Shown piece after piece: positions 36,669-45,697 of a stretch of DNA of 51,280 nucleotides. The DNA lies in assembly GCA_017962605.1 (NCBI GenBank), contig JAGCUY010000084.1, forward strand, positions 1 to 51,280. Reading direction: 5' to 3'. A model generated the notes under the pieces. It saw only the letters and a program-made list of their open reading frames with translations, did not search any database and was not told the DNA's origin. The number at the start of each line of letters is the position of its first letter. The first letter of the stretch is position 1. The stretch is from Kiritimatiellia bacterium (GTDB lineage: Bacteria > Verrucomicrobiota > Kiritimatiellia > RFP12 > JAAYLN01). A program made the translations under genes and the position numbers.

Positions 36669-37331
36669 ATGAAAAAAACACTAAGCATCATCGCGTGTGC
36701 CACGCTTGCCATTTTGTCCACATCCTGTGCCGCCGTAAATTCGGGTCGGCCGCTGGCGGAGTTGCTTCTCCCCGCCGGCCGAGTGGCGCTCGTGCGCGAC
36801 GGAGGCGTCGCGCTTCGAGGGGCGCTTCAGCCGTCAGATCCAAGCCAGGCGGTGTATATCCTCCAGTATGATCTGGACGAGACGCCGTCTTCCGCCGCTC
36901 GGAAGGCGATTGCCGAATCTGGCGCGACGCTCCTTTCGCCAGTCTCCGGCGGCGCATATCTCGTCCGGGCGACGGCGACGCAGGCGCTTGCAATACTTGA
37001 CGCCGGAATTGTCGCCGCAGCGCGCGAATATCTGGCGGAGGACAAGATCGCCCCCGGGCTTTCCGGCGGTCTTGAGAACGCAGCTCCCTCGACAGGCGCC
37101 GCCAATTCGCGAATTCTGGTAGTTTCCTTTTTCCACGACTGCGAGCCCGCCGCGGTTAAGGAAGCCATTGCCGCAATCGATGGCTGCGAAGTCCTCGACG
37201 GCGCTGATGGGATGTTCCGTGTCAGCGCCACTTCCGCAGCCATTCCATGTGTCGCCTCTCTTCCGCAGATCCAGTCCATCGGCCCTTGGCTCGAACCGAA
37301 AGCGGCATTCCAAGACTCCAACGCATCGTGA
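36669..37331 (+). CDS. Lipoprotein paralogous to the N-terminal pro-region of the upstream S8 subtilase (free-standing propeptide/inhibitor-like)
   Basis: Start was chosen at ATG 36669 (MKKTLSIIACATLAILSTSC lipobox). YILQYDLDE...LLSPVSGGAYLVRATATQALAILDAGIVAAAREY...ILVVSFFHDCEPAAVKEAIAAIDGCEVLDGADGMFRVSATSAAIP...IQSIGPWLEP aligns with WIVQYDPEK...LLSPVAGGAYLVRATKAQQLAILESGQIEATRQY...VFVVSAFDGADNAALREQVAALKGCEVLDGGEGILRVRMTAAGRA...VASIGEWIEP of the subtilase. Confidence 0.55.
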   Translation: MKKTLSIIACATLAILSTSCAAVNSGRPLAELLLPAGRVALVRDGGVALRGALQPSDPSQAVYILQYDLDETPSSAARKAIAESGATLLSPVSGGAYLVRATATQALAILDAGIVAAAREYLAEDKIAPGLSGGLENAAPSTGAANSRILVVSFFHDCEPAAVKEAIAAIDGCEVLDGADGMFRVSATSAAIPCVASLPQIQSIGPWLEPKAAFQDSNAS

Positions 37332-37352
37332 ACTGGTGATGGCGACAAGAAC

Positions 37353-37901
37353 ATGACCGTCTGCATCCCAATGAAAACACTCGAAAAGTCATTCCACACG
37401 GCGGCAGTCTCGCTTGTTGCGGTTTTCCTGGCATCCGGCTGCGCAACGCTAGTAAGCGGATCACATCAACAGTTCAAGATTGACAGCACCCCGCCGGGCG
37501 CAAAAATCTCCTACAACGGGAAGGAGATAGGGACAACGCCGTTTGAAGGGCCCGTTCCAAGAACCGAAAATGCGGAAATCGTCATTTCATTGGATGATTA
37601 CGAGACGAAGACGGTCAATCGGCACGCGAACATGAATCCCATGGTGGCCGGAAATCTTGTGTCATTCTTCGTTCCAGGCGTCATCGTCGACATTTCGACG
37701 GGCGCTTTCTACAAATTCAAAAATCCGACTGTTGAAGTGACATTGAAGAAAACACATGTCCCCAGCCTCGAGTTCTGGCGCAAAATGCTTGAATCAGGTG
37801 CAATAACAAAGGAAATGTACCGCGAGAAAACCATGGAGTTGCGGCAAAGCGGCAAAATCGACGAAGCGACCATGAGGGAAGAATTGCTACAAACGAAATA
37901 G
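37353..37901 (+). CDS. PEGA-domain lipoprotein
   Basis: The lipobox is FLASGC. FKIDSTPPGAKISYNGKEIGTTPFEGPV matches the PEGA motif. Local GC is lower. Confidence 0.55.
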   Translation: MTVCIPMKTLEKSFHTAAVSLVAVFLASGCATLVSGSHQQFKIDSTPPGAKISYNGKEIGTTPFEGPVPRTENAEIVISLDDYETKTVNRHANMNPMVAGNLVSFFVPGVIVDISTGAFYKFKNPTVEVTLKKTHVPSLEFWRKMLESGAITKEMYREKTMELRQSGKIDEATMREELLQTK

Positions 37902-37911
37902 GCAAAAGGCA

Positions 37912-40782
37912 ATGAATTCAAAACATCAAGCGTTTTTCGATTCCGACTATGCCAATCCACCTTCGATGGATTCAATACGGACTATTGGTTCCATCACTAC
38001 AGAGCATTCTACCAAATCTCTTGGCTCCGTAGATCAATACGAACTGTTGCGAAAACTTGGCGGCGGCGGTTTTGGCGTGGTGTATCTCGCGCACGACACC
38101 TCTGGCGACATAGACGTCGCCATAAAGACGCTTCACCCACTCCTAAAACGTAACACGGAGGAGATGGAAAAACTTCGGGACAAGTTCAAACTCGTCAGCA
38201 ACCTGGCACATTCGAACATCGCCTCGCCGCTCGTCCTTCTCCCTTGCCGCGAAATTGCAATCCACGACCCAGAAGCCCGCAGGGAACTTGACCTTTCCCC
38301 GGGAGATGCGGTGATGGTCATGCGCTACGCCCCTGGCGTTACGCTATCCAAGTGGCGTAAGCAGTTCACCAATGGAATAGTGCCTTTCAAAGAGGTTTGC
38401 GAAATCGGCAAACAGGTCGCCTCTGCTCTTGACTACGCACATAGGGAAGAGCACATCGTCCACCGCGACATAAAGCCCGCCAATATCATGGTCGAAACGC
38501 AGGAAGGCGGGAAAATACGCATTCGGATTCTCGACTTCGGCCTGGCGGCCGAAATCCGCGCGTCTATGTCGCGCGTGTCAATGGAGACATGCGACACTTC
38601 CGGGACGCGCCCCTACATGGCGCCAGAGCAATGGAGCGGCCGTTTTCAAAATGGGAACACGGATCAATACGCCCTCGCGTGCGTCCTGTTCGAATTGCTT
38701 TCCGGCGCCCCTCCGTTTGCCGGAGTCTTTGAAACGGGCGACCCCGCAATCATGCGCTCGGCGGTCCAATCCGAGCCGCCGCCCACGCTCCCCGGTCTTT
38801 CACCGGCGGCAAACGCCGCTTTCGCCCGCGCCCTCGCAAAATCCCCCGACGCCCGCTTCCCCTCGTGCGAAGAGTTCATAGCAGCCCTTGGGAAAGCGCT
38901 TTTCGAAGCGCCACCGTCTGGAGCAAGGCGTTTTTTCGACGCCGGGCGCTCATTCTTTGTCAACCGCAACTCCACCCGCCGCGACTCGTCTCCCACGGCA
39001 GATTCCGTCCATTCTGCCTCCACGACTAATTCAAACGCCCCCATAGACACACAGCCGCCGTCCGGGCCAGTCAAACCGCCGCGTCCCAAGTGGCTGCCGA
39101 TTGCGGCCGTCGCCGTAATCGTCCTTCTAATGTACTTCCTTTTCAGGGGAAGCGATGCTCGTCCAGTGGAAGAACCGACACCAGATGTAACTGTAAATAT
39201 GCATTCGGAGGAGAACGATAAATCATATCTCATCGAAATAGAGAAGAAAGAACGTCTCGAAAAATGGAAAGATGAAGCGAAGATCGTTTCCGAAAGCATC
39301 TCCTACTATTCAAAATGGACTGAACATCCCTACTCAAGCCGCTTTGAAAGGGCTCACGATGCGATAAAGACCATATTGGCCGCCACTACGGCGCCAACCC
39401 CGATGGCCGAGGCCGAAAAAGCCATTGAAGACTTGAGGTCTCTAAAATCATGGATGGATGAAAAATCCAAAATCCGCGAAGACTTTGAAGCCCGATGCCT
39501 CGATGTGGAAACAAAACTTGGCAAGCTTGTGAAGGACGAATACGCGGATGCTGCGGCGGACGTTATTAAAATAGCGCAAGACTCGATTGCGCAGGCAAAG
39601 GGGATTCGCGATTCCGGCGATTACGATTCGGCGCTCAAAGCACTGGCCGAGGCAAACGGACTTATGCCCCGTGCTGAAGAAAAGATTAATGATAAAAGAA
39701 GAGCCAACGAAGAAGCGCTTGCCCAATTGACCGAGATAAAGCGGGACGCCAGTGCTAAAATCCAGGGAAGCCAGAATTTGCTTGCCAGATGGAATGACAA
39801 GGCGTGGTCGGATCGCGCCGAAGCCATCAAGAGTGCCGCCACGACAATCGTCCGCAGTTCCGCCCCCGAAGATATCCCGGCTGCAAAAAAGGCGCTTGAT
39901 GCCATTTCTACTGAGGTAAAGTGGATGAATGACAATAGCGTTTCGCGTCAGACGCTCGACAATGTCGAAAAAGAGATGCGCGAACTTCTCAACGGGCTTT
40001 CGCCAACCGTCCGCAAATACGCCAACAGGGAGTTCAGCAACGCAGAAAGTCTCCGCAATGAAGCCGAAAAGCTTCGAGAGGCGGGGAAATACCCCGAATC
40101 GGCAGAGAAGAGCCGCAAGGCGAAAGAGAATTACAGTAGAGCCAAAAATATGGCTGACTATGTTGAAAAAAGGCTGACACGCATTGAAATCGCGAAAAGG
40201 GCGGGGGCGGCCGACGCAGCCGCCATGTCCTGCTATGAATGGGGGGACATGGTCTGGAAGGCTAAAAAGGACGAAGTGGAGGCGGCGGCGAAAAAACTGG
40301 CAAAATGCGCCGATGCCGACGATGCCGAAAATGCCGAAAATCTTAGAAACAACATTGGAGAAGCGCTTTCATGGGCGAAAAAGAACGACTCTGTCTGCCG
40401 GCAAATCGACGACATGCAGAAACAACTGGATGCTCTCAACAAGGAAGCTAAAAGGATCGACATAGCTGGCATTCGGCCGGTAAGCGAATCCAGCGCCATC
40501 GCTCTCTTGGAAAAATCCTCTGAAAACCGCAAGACCGGGAAATTTCCCGAAGCCAAAGCGGATTTAGAAAAGGCAATCGAGATTTTGACAAAGGCCGTTT
40601 CTGAAACAAAGGCGGAGCGGGCGGCAAGAGGGTTGAGGCTCGCGCGGGATTTCGCCAACCAAGGTAAATGGCGCGAATGCCTTGATGCTGCGAACTTCGT
40701 TATGGAGAACTGGGACTCAACAAACGCCGAGGTGCAGGCGCTTGCCAAAAAAGCCCATGAGAACCTGCATTCCCTTAAGTAA
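37912..40782 (+). CDS. Ser/Thr protein kinase with one TM and a ~550-aa C-terminal helical-repeat (coiled-coil/TPR-like) domain
   Basis: Kinase motifs are YELLRKLGGGGFGVVYLAHD, VAIKTL, HRDIKPANIMV, ILDFGLAAE and TRPYMAPEQ. The TM is WLPIAAVAVIVLLMYFLF. The C-terminal module GKWRECLDAANFVMENWDSTNAEVQALAKKA is shared with the kinase-FGE paralogs. Confidence 0.85.
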   Translation: MNSKHQAFFDSDYANPPSMDSIRTIGSITTEHSTKSLGSVDQYELLRKLGGGGFGVVYLAHDTSGDIDVAIKTLHPLLKRNTEEMEKLRDKFKLVSNLAHSNIASPLVLLPCREIAIHDPEARRELDLSPGDAVMVMRYAPGVTLSKWRKQFTNGIVPFKEVCEIGKQVASALDYAHREEHIVHRDIKPANIMVETQEGGKIRIRILDFGLAAEIRASMSRVSMETCDTSGTRPYMAPEQWSGRFQNGNTDQYALACVLFELLSGAPPFAGVFETGDPAIMRSAVQSEPPPTLPGLSPAANAAFARALAKSPDARFPSCEEFIAALGKALFEAPPSGARRFFDAGRSFFVNRNSTRRDSSPTADSVHSASTTNSNAPIDTQPPSGPVKPPRPKWLPIAAVAVIVLLMYFLFRGSDARPVEEPTPDVTVNMHSEENDKSYLIEIEKKERLEKWKDEAKIVSESISYYSKWTEHPYSSRFERAHDAIKTILAATTAPTPMAEAEKAIEDLRSLKSWMDEKSKIREDFEARCLDVETKLGKLVKDEYADAAADVIKIAQDSIAQAKGIRDSGDYDSALKALAEANGLMPRAEEKINDKRRANEEALAQLTEIKRDASAKIQGSQNLLARWNDKAWSDRAEAIKSAATTIVRSSAPEDIPAAKKALDAISTEVKWMNDNSVSRQTLDNVEKEMRELLNGLSPTVRKYANREFSNAESLRNEAEKLREAGKYPESAEKSRKAKENYSRAKNMADYVEKRLTRIEIAKRAGAADAAAMSCYEWGDMVWKAKKDEVEAAAKKLAKCADADDAENAENLRNNIGEALSWAKKNDSVCRQIDDMQKQLDALNKEAKRIDIAGIRPVSESSAIALLEKSSENRKTGKFPEAKADLEKAIEILTKAVSETKAERAARGLRLARDFANQGKWRECLDAANFVMENWDSTNAEVQALAKKAHENLHSLK

Positions 40783-40848
40783 ACATTCTTCCGCTTGCCG
40801 GTGTCGGCGGCGGTTTTCAAACAATGAACCAACAGGGTAAAACTAACA

Positions 40849-41652
40849 ATGAATAAAGTACCAATAATTGCGGTAGCCGCGATGGCCGCCGCACTTCCAC
40901 TGTGGGCGGAGGAAGTCGAACCCGCTCCAACCATCGAAGAGGGCAAGGACGATTCCAGTAAAATCGAACTCTCCGTTCGTGCCGGTGTAATCGGCGACCG
41001 CGATGCGTCTTTTATAAAAACCGGCCCTTCTCTTCAACTGGAAGCGAGATTCACTCTCTTTGACAGTTGCGTTGACCTGGTCGGCCGCGGATACTATGCG
41101 CAACCCAAAGCAAAAAAAGGGTATTCGGAAACGCTGGTCACCGATAAACCTCCCTATCAAGGCTTCCCGACAACATGGACAGATGTGGCGACCATCACGG
41201 ATAGCGAGGATGGCGATTTGCTTGGCGGCAGCGCCCAGCTACAACTGAATTTTGCGAGGAACTGCAAAGTGAATCCATATGTCGTTGCCGGCGTCGCTTA
41301 CGAAAAGGAAAAGCTGGAATGCGACATACATGAGTCGTTGGATTGGAAAGTCCGTGCGTATGGCCGGGATTGGCCTTTCCACTATGAAGAAGACAGACCC
41401 CAAAAGTGGGATGAAGACGGCACGGCGTTTGTCGGCCGCGTCGGCTGCGAATTCGACCTTTCGCCGTTCTGGTTTGTCGCGGAAGGCTCATACATGACCA
41501 AACTCTACGACTCCGAGGACAAAGGGCAGTTCGAGTTGGCGGGCCGCGCCGGCTTCCAGTGGACGAAGTCCTGCCGCATCGACGCCGGCATCGACTACTA
41601 CACCGAGTGGGAGCAGTTCTTCGTTGGCTTAGGCCTCACGCTCTGCCTGTAG
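40849..41652 (+). CDS. Putative outer-membrane beta-barrel protein
   Basis: The signal peptide is MNKVPIIAVAAMAAALPLWA. Alternating amphipathic strands end with an aromatic-rich C-terminal strand. Confidence 0.45.
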   Translation: MNKVPIIAVAAMAAALPLWAEEVEPAPTIEEGKDDSSKIELSVRAGVIGDRDASFIKTGPSLQLEARFTLFDSCVDLVGRGYYAQPKAKKGYSETLVTDKPPYQGFPTTWTDVATITDSEDGDLLGGSAQLQLNFARNCKVNPYVVAGVAYEKEKLECDIHESLDWKVRAYGRDWPFHYEEDRPQKWDEDGTAFVGRVGCEFDLSPFWFVAEGSYMTKLYDSEDKGQFELAGRAGFQWTKSCRIDAGIDYYTEWEQFFVGLGLTLCL

Positions 41653-41723
41653 AAGTTTTTTGAAGCACCCATGCGCGGCGCCGGGATCGCGCCGCGCATG
41701 ATCTAATTGAATGCAAGGGCGTT

Positions 41724-44185
41724 ATGGACATTGGCGACAATTCTCTTGGCAGCGCAGCAACCATGGCCGAAGGCAACGCCGCAGTCCAGTTTATGCCTTA
41801 TGACGAGCCGTCGCTCGGCTCCGCGCCAACGCTACCTGGCGGCGCAGGGCGGCGGCCCAATCGCCCCGCGCCCGGAGACGACCTTCTTGGGCGCTATACG
41901 GTTCTCGAAGAACTGGGCCAGGGCGGCATGGGTGTGGTTTACAAGTGCCTCGACCGCGAAGGCGGCATCGAGGTCGCCATCAAGTGCCTTCCACCCGAAG
42001 TGACGCGGATCCGGGACGAACTGGAGGAGATTCGGGAAAACTACCAGATAGTCGCCCGCCTTCACCACTCGTCGATTTCCGGTCTGCGCTACTTGGAGCG
42101 CGATTCGGCGAGCGGCGACTACTACGTGGTGATGGACCTCGCGGAAGGCGAGGATCTTTCGCGCATCCTACGCCGCCGGCGCGGGAGGCCAATGCCGCTC
42201 CATGAGGCTTTGGACATCCTGCGCCCCGTTGCCGCAGCGCTTGACTACGCGCATGGGGAAGGCGTCCTGCACCGCGACGTTAAGCCGGCGAACGTGAAAG
42301 TTGAGGCGCTAGGTTGGGAATCTCGCGCAGAGACGCAGAGACGCAGAGACGCAGAGAAGGTGGGGCGAGCTCTCCGAGCGAGCCGCGCAAAAAGGGCGGT
42401 AGAGGCTGGCTTGTAGCGGCACTGCTGGCGCTCGTCGTTGGCGGAGGCATTTGGTTTGCCGTGGGAAATAATGGCGAGCCGCAACTGGGAGGGGCAACGT
42501 CCACGTTGCCCGCTCCGCCGGCTGTCGAAGCGCCCACCGCCTCGCCCACCACCCCGGCCAGCCCGGAAGTCCCGCCACACCAGGCGGGGCCGTCTGCCGC
42601 ACCTGTGGCAGCGGTTCCGCAGAACAAGCCAGAGCCGGCGCCAGTCGCATCTGCTCCTGTCCTCCCCGCCGCACCGGCGGATGATGCCCCGCTTGGCGAT
42701 TGGGAGGATTACCTCCTATCGCTCAAGGAGCGGCGCCAGTCGCTTTTGGACGAGGGCTATCCTGAAAACGGCGAACAGGTCAAGGCAGTCGCCGCGGCGA
42801 TTGCAGTCGCGGACGAACGCATCGCCGCTATGACGGCGAGCATTGAGGAAATCGAGCGCAATGCCCGCGTCGCCAAGGCGCACAAGGACGCCGAACGCGC
42901 CTCCAACCGCTCCCGCATCGCCGAGATCAAACGAAATGTCGGGCGCAAGGTCGCCTCCGCCGCGAAATACGCTGGCGTCGATGACAAGCTTTTCGTGGGA
43001 CGGCGTAAGACCATTGCCGACGCCACGAACCAGCTGGAGAGGATTTCCGACCCCGACGAAATCGAAACCGTGAAGAGACTCCGCATCGATATCGACGACG
43101 CCGTGGACTGGATTCTCCGCAACGGCCCCGCGCGGGAGGGGATCGTCTCGCAGGAGGAGGAACTCAAGGCACTGGGGCCAGAGTTGGAGCGCGTTGGCGC
43201 GGCCAGGCTGGCGGCGCAGTCATTCAACGCCGCGAGGCGCCAGGAGCGCGAAAGCGCCAGTTTGCGGGACAAGGCCGACTACGAAGGCGCCGCCGGGGGC
43301 TATCGGCAGGCGAAGGCCCTCTACGAAAAGGCCATCGCGGAGGCGAAAACGGCACAGGCTGAAGCGTGCGTGGTGCGCGCGGAGTGCCTGAAAACATCTG
43401 GCCTTTGGGAGGATTGCCTCAAGGCCGCCGACGAGGCGCTTGAATGGGATGCCGGCAACGCGAAGGCGCAGACGCTGAAACAGGAGGCGCAGAATGCCAT
43501 CGACGCCGAGCGCAAGGCGAAGGAAGAGGCCGAGCGAAAGAAACGCGAGGCCGAGGAGGCGGCGAGGCGGGATCTGGAGGCAAAGGCCGCAGCCGAGAAG
43601 GCGGAACGCGAACGGCAGGAGCGTGAGCGCCAGGAGTCCGAGCGCAGGAAGCGCGAGACTGAAGAGGCTGCGCGGACACCAAGGGCGGGAGACCTCAAGG
43701 CCGTTGCTGTAGGCTCGCAGACGATCCGCCTTCACTGGTGCCCCGCCGGGTCGTTCATGATGGGTAGCCCGTCAACCGAGAAGGACTGCGGCAGCGACGA
43801 AACGCCACAGCATCTCGTGACTCTGACGCAAGGCTTCTGGATGGGCGAAACTGAGGTGACGCAAGGGTTGTGGGAGGAGGTCTTGGGGAACAATCCAGCC
43901 AATTTTAAGTCCGGCGACGACTACCCCGTGGAGCGCGTCTCATGGGAGGACTGCCAGGAGTTCATGAAGAAATTGAACGCCCGTTTTCCGCAATCCGGCC
44001 TCCGTTGGGCGTTGCCGACCGAGGCGCAATGGGAATACGCCTGCCGAGCTGGGACAACCGGCTCCTACAGCGGTTCGGGGCGTCTCGATGACATTGGGTG
44101 GTATGATGGAAATAGCGGGAGCAAGACTCATCCGGTGAAGCAGAAGCAGCCGAACGCCTGGGGACTTTTACTTCTTTGCACTTGA
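41724..44185 (+). pseudogene. Degenerate paralog of the Ser/Thr-kinase–TM–coiled-coil–FGE-sulfatase-domain family. It is frameshifted inside an octamer tandem repeat, lacks the kinase C-lobe, and its FGE domain is truncated where a DUF4143 ATPase cassette follows.
   Basis: Frame 0 (41724..42416) encodes the kinase N-lobe through HRDVKPANVKVE. After the (cgcagaga)x4 tract the homologous reading (GGASSPSEP...) continues in frame 2 (the 42314..44185 ORF). The C-terminus ends at PVKQKQPNAWGLLLLCT*, whereas the intact paralog continues GLYDMHGNVWEW.... Confidence 0.6.
42326..42357 (+). repeat. (cgcagaga)x4 octamer tandem repeat at the frameshift site of the degenerate kinase paralog. It is followed by the conserved core ggtggggcgagctctccgagcgagccgc (42359-42386).
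   Basis: The repeat and core were read directly. The intact paralog has 3 copies of the analogous cacagaga at 46312-46335, followed by a homologous core (46339-46364). Confidence 0.8.
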
Positions 44186-44336
44186 GAAAGGGTGCGCGAG
44201 AGATTCGTGCGTGAGCCTTTTCCTTTGGATTCTTGCCGAACGCGACGGCGGCAGCTTTCCCATTCTCGCCGATAAGATTTCCGCACCATAGTCTAGTGTG
44301 TTTGCGTAGCAGTTCGCTCCACCTATTTGGATATGC

Positions 44337-44424
44337 CAAAATCAAGTTTACTAGATTTTGGTAGGCACCAAAATCGAACTGCCTCGATTTTGGTATTGAC
44401 AAAAACGTCCATTTTTTGTAGTAT
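44337..44424 (+). promoter_or_regulatory. Array of four alternating CCAAAATC / GATTTTGG half-sites, including a 9-bp-stem hairpin gattttggtaggcaccaaaatc. The last half-site abuts a consensus sigma70 promoter (-35 TTGACA 44396-44401, 17-nt spacer, -10 TAGTAT 44419-44424) for the DUF4143 ATPase gene.
   Basis: The motifs were read directly. The region is AT-richer than its flanks. Confidence 0.5.
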
Positions 44425-44433
44425 GGCCTCACC

Positions 44434-45639
44434 ATGAAACGTGTTTACGAATCGATGCTGCGCGAGCATTTCGCATCGAACAGGCAGATGGCCTTTGTCT
44501 CAGGTCCACGACAGGTGGGCAAGACTTCCCTCGCCGAGAGCGTCCTGCCTAATGCGACGCTCCTGAACTACGACAACCAGTCGCATGCCCGGATCATCGC
44601 CGCCGGGCCCGAGCGCGTCGCCGAATTCGCCGACCTTGCAAATCCATTGAAGTTGGCCCAGGGCATTGTCTTCGACGAATTGCACAAGTTTCCAAAATGG
44701 AAGGGCCTTTTGAAAGGCTTCTTTGACGTTCACGGGAAGGGCTTGAAAGTGGTCGTGACCGGGAGCGCGCGCCTCGACATCTACAAGCGCGGGGGCGACA
44801 GCCTCATGGGGCGCTACTTCCCTTTCCGCATCCACCCGCTTGGCATAGGCGAACTCGAAGGGGGAGACTTGGACACGGAGGGCTTTTTACGAAAGCCAGG
44901 GAAGCCATCGCGTGAAGCCCTCGACCAACTCCTGCAACTAGGCGGATTCCCAGAGCCGTTTTTAAAAGGGAATGCCCGTTTCCGCAACCAATGGAACCGC
45001 ACCCGGCTGGAAAGACTATTCCGTGAGGACATTCGCGATTTTAGCAGGGTGCAAGACATTATCGGCATCCGCTCGCTGGCGTCTCTTGTCGCGTCGCGGG
45101 TTTGCGGGGGTGTGAACTACGCCGCAATGGCATCGGATCTTTCCGTGGCTCCGGACACGGCGAAGTCCTGGCTTGGAATACTCGAATCGGTCTATTACTC
45201 CTATTCCATCACCCCGTGGTTCAGGAATGTCGCCAATTCCATCAGGAAACAGCCAAAGGTCTATTTGTGGGACTGGAGCGCTTTGCCAGATGGCGGCGCG
45301 AAGAATGAGAACTTCATCGCCTCGCAGTTGCTGAAGGCGGTTCACTGGTGGACTGACACCGGACTTGGCGATTTTTCATTGCACTATTTGCGCGACAAGA
45401 CTGGCCGGGAGGTCGATTTCGTTATTGCGCGGGATGGTGTTCCATTCATGCTTGTCGAATGCAAGTCGTCGATGAAGGAAACGTTGAGCCGGACACTGGA
45501 GGAGGTGCAGCGGCAGATGGCGGTCAAATACGCCTTCCAAGTTGGAATGGACGGCGAGTCATCTGACCTCAACCCCTTTGACTACGAGGGGATGGCCATA
45601 AAAGTTTCCGCATTGGATCTCCTGAAAATGCTGATCTAA
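44434..45639 (+). CDS. AAA+ ATPase of the AAA_14/DUF4143 family with a C-terminal PD-(D/E)xK-like motif
   Basis: The N-terminus is MKRVYESMLREHF...VSGPRQVGKTSL (Walker A). The C-terminal D...EVDFVIARDGVPFMLVECKSS follows the restriction-endonuclease-like D/ExK pattern. Confidence 0.8.
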   Translation: MKRVYESMLREHFASNRQMAFVSGPRQVGKTSLAESVLPNATLLNYDNQSHARIIAAGPERVAEFADLANPLKLAQGIVFDELHKFPKWKGLLKGFFDVHGKGLKVVVTGSARLDIYKRGGDSLMGRYFPFRIHPLGIGELEGGDLDTEGFLRKPGKPSREALDQLLQLGGFPEPFLKGNARFRNQWNRTRLERLFREDIRDFSRVQDIIGIRSLASLVASRVCGGVNYAAMASDLSVAPDTAKSWLGILESVYYSYSITPWFRNVANSIRKQPKVYLWDWSALPDGGAKNENFIASQLLKAVHWWTDTGLGDFSLHYLRDKTGREVDFVIARDGVPFMLVECKSSMKETLSRTLEEVQRQMAVKYAFQVGMDGESSDLNPFDYEGMAIKVSALDLLKMLI

Positions 45640-45697
45640 CCGATGGCTTGCCTCCTACCGCTCCAGACAGGAATCTGATAGAATAAAAGCCAGCCGC

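Noticed and set aside
42314-44185. The 623-aa ORF as an independent gene
   Set aside because: Its N-terminus is the out-of-frame continuation of the kinase paralog starting at 41724. Homology with the intact paralog switches frame inside the octamer repeat. It is treated as part of one frameshifted pseudogene.
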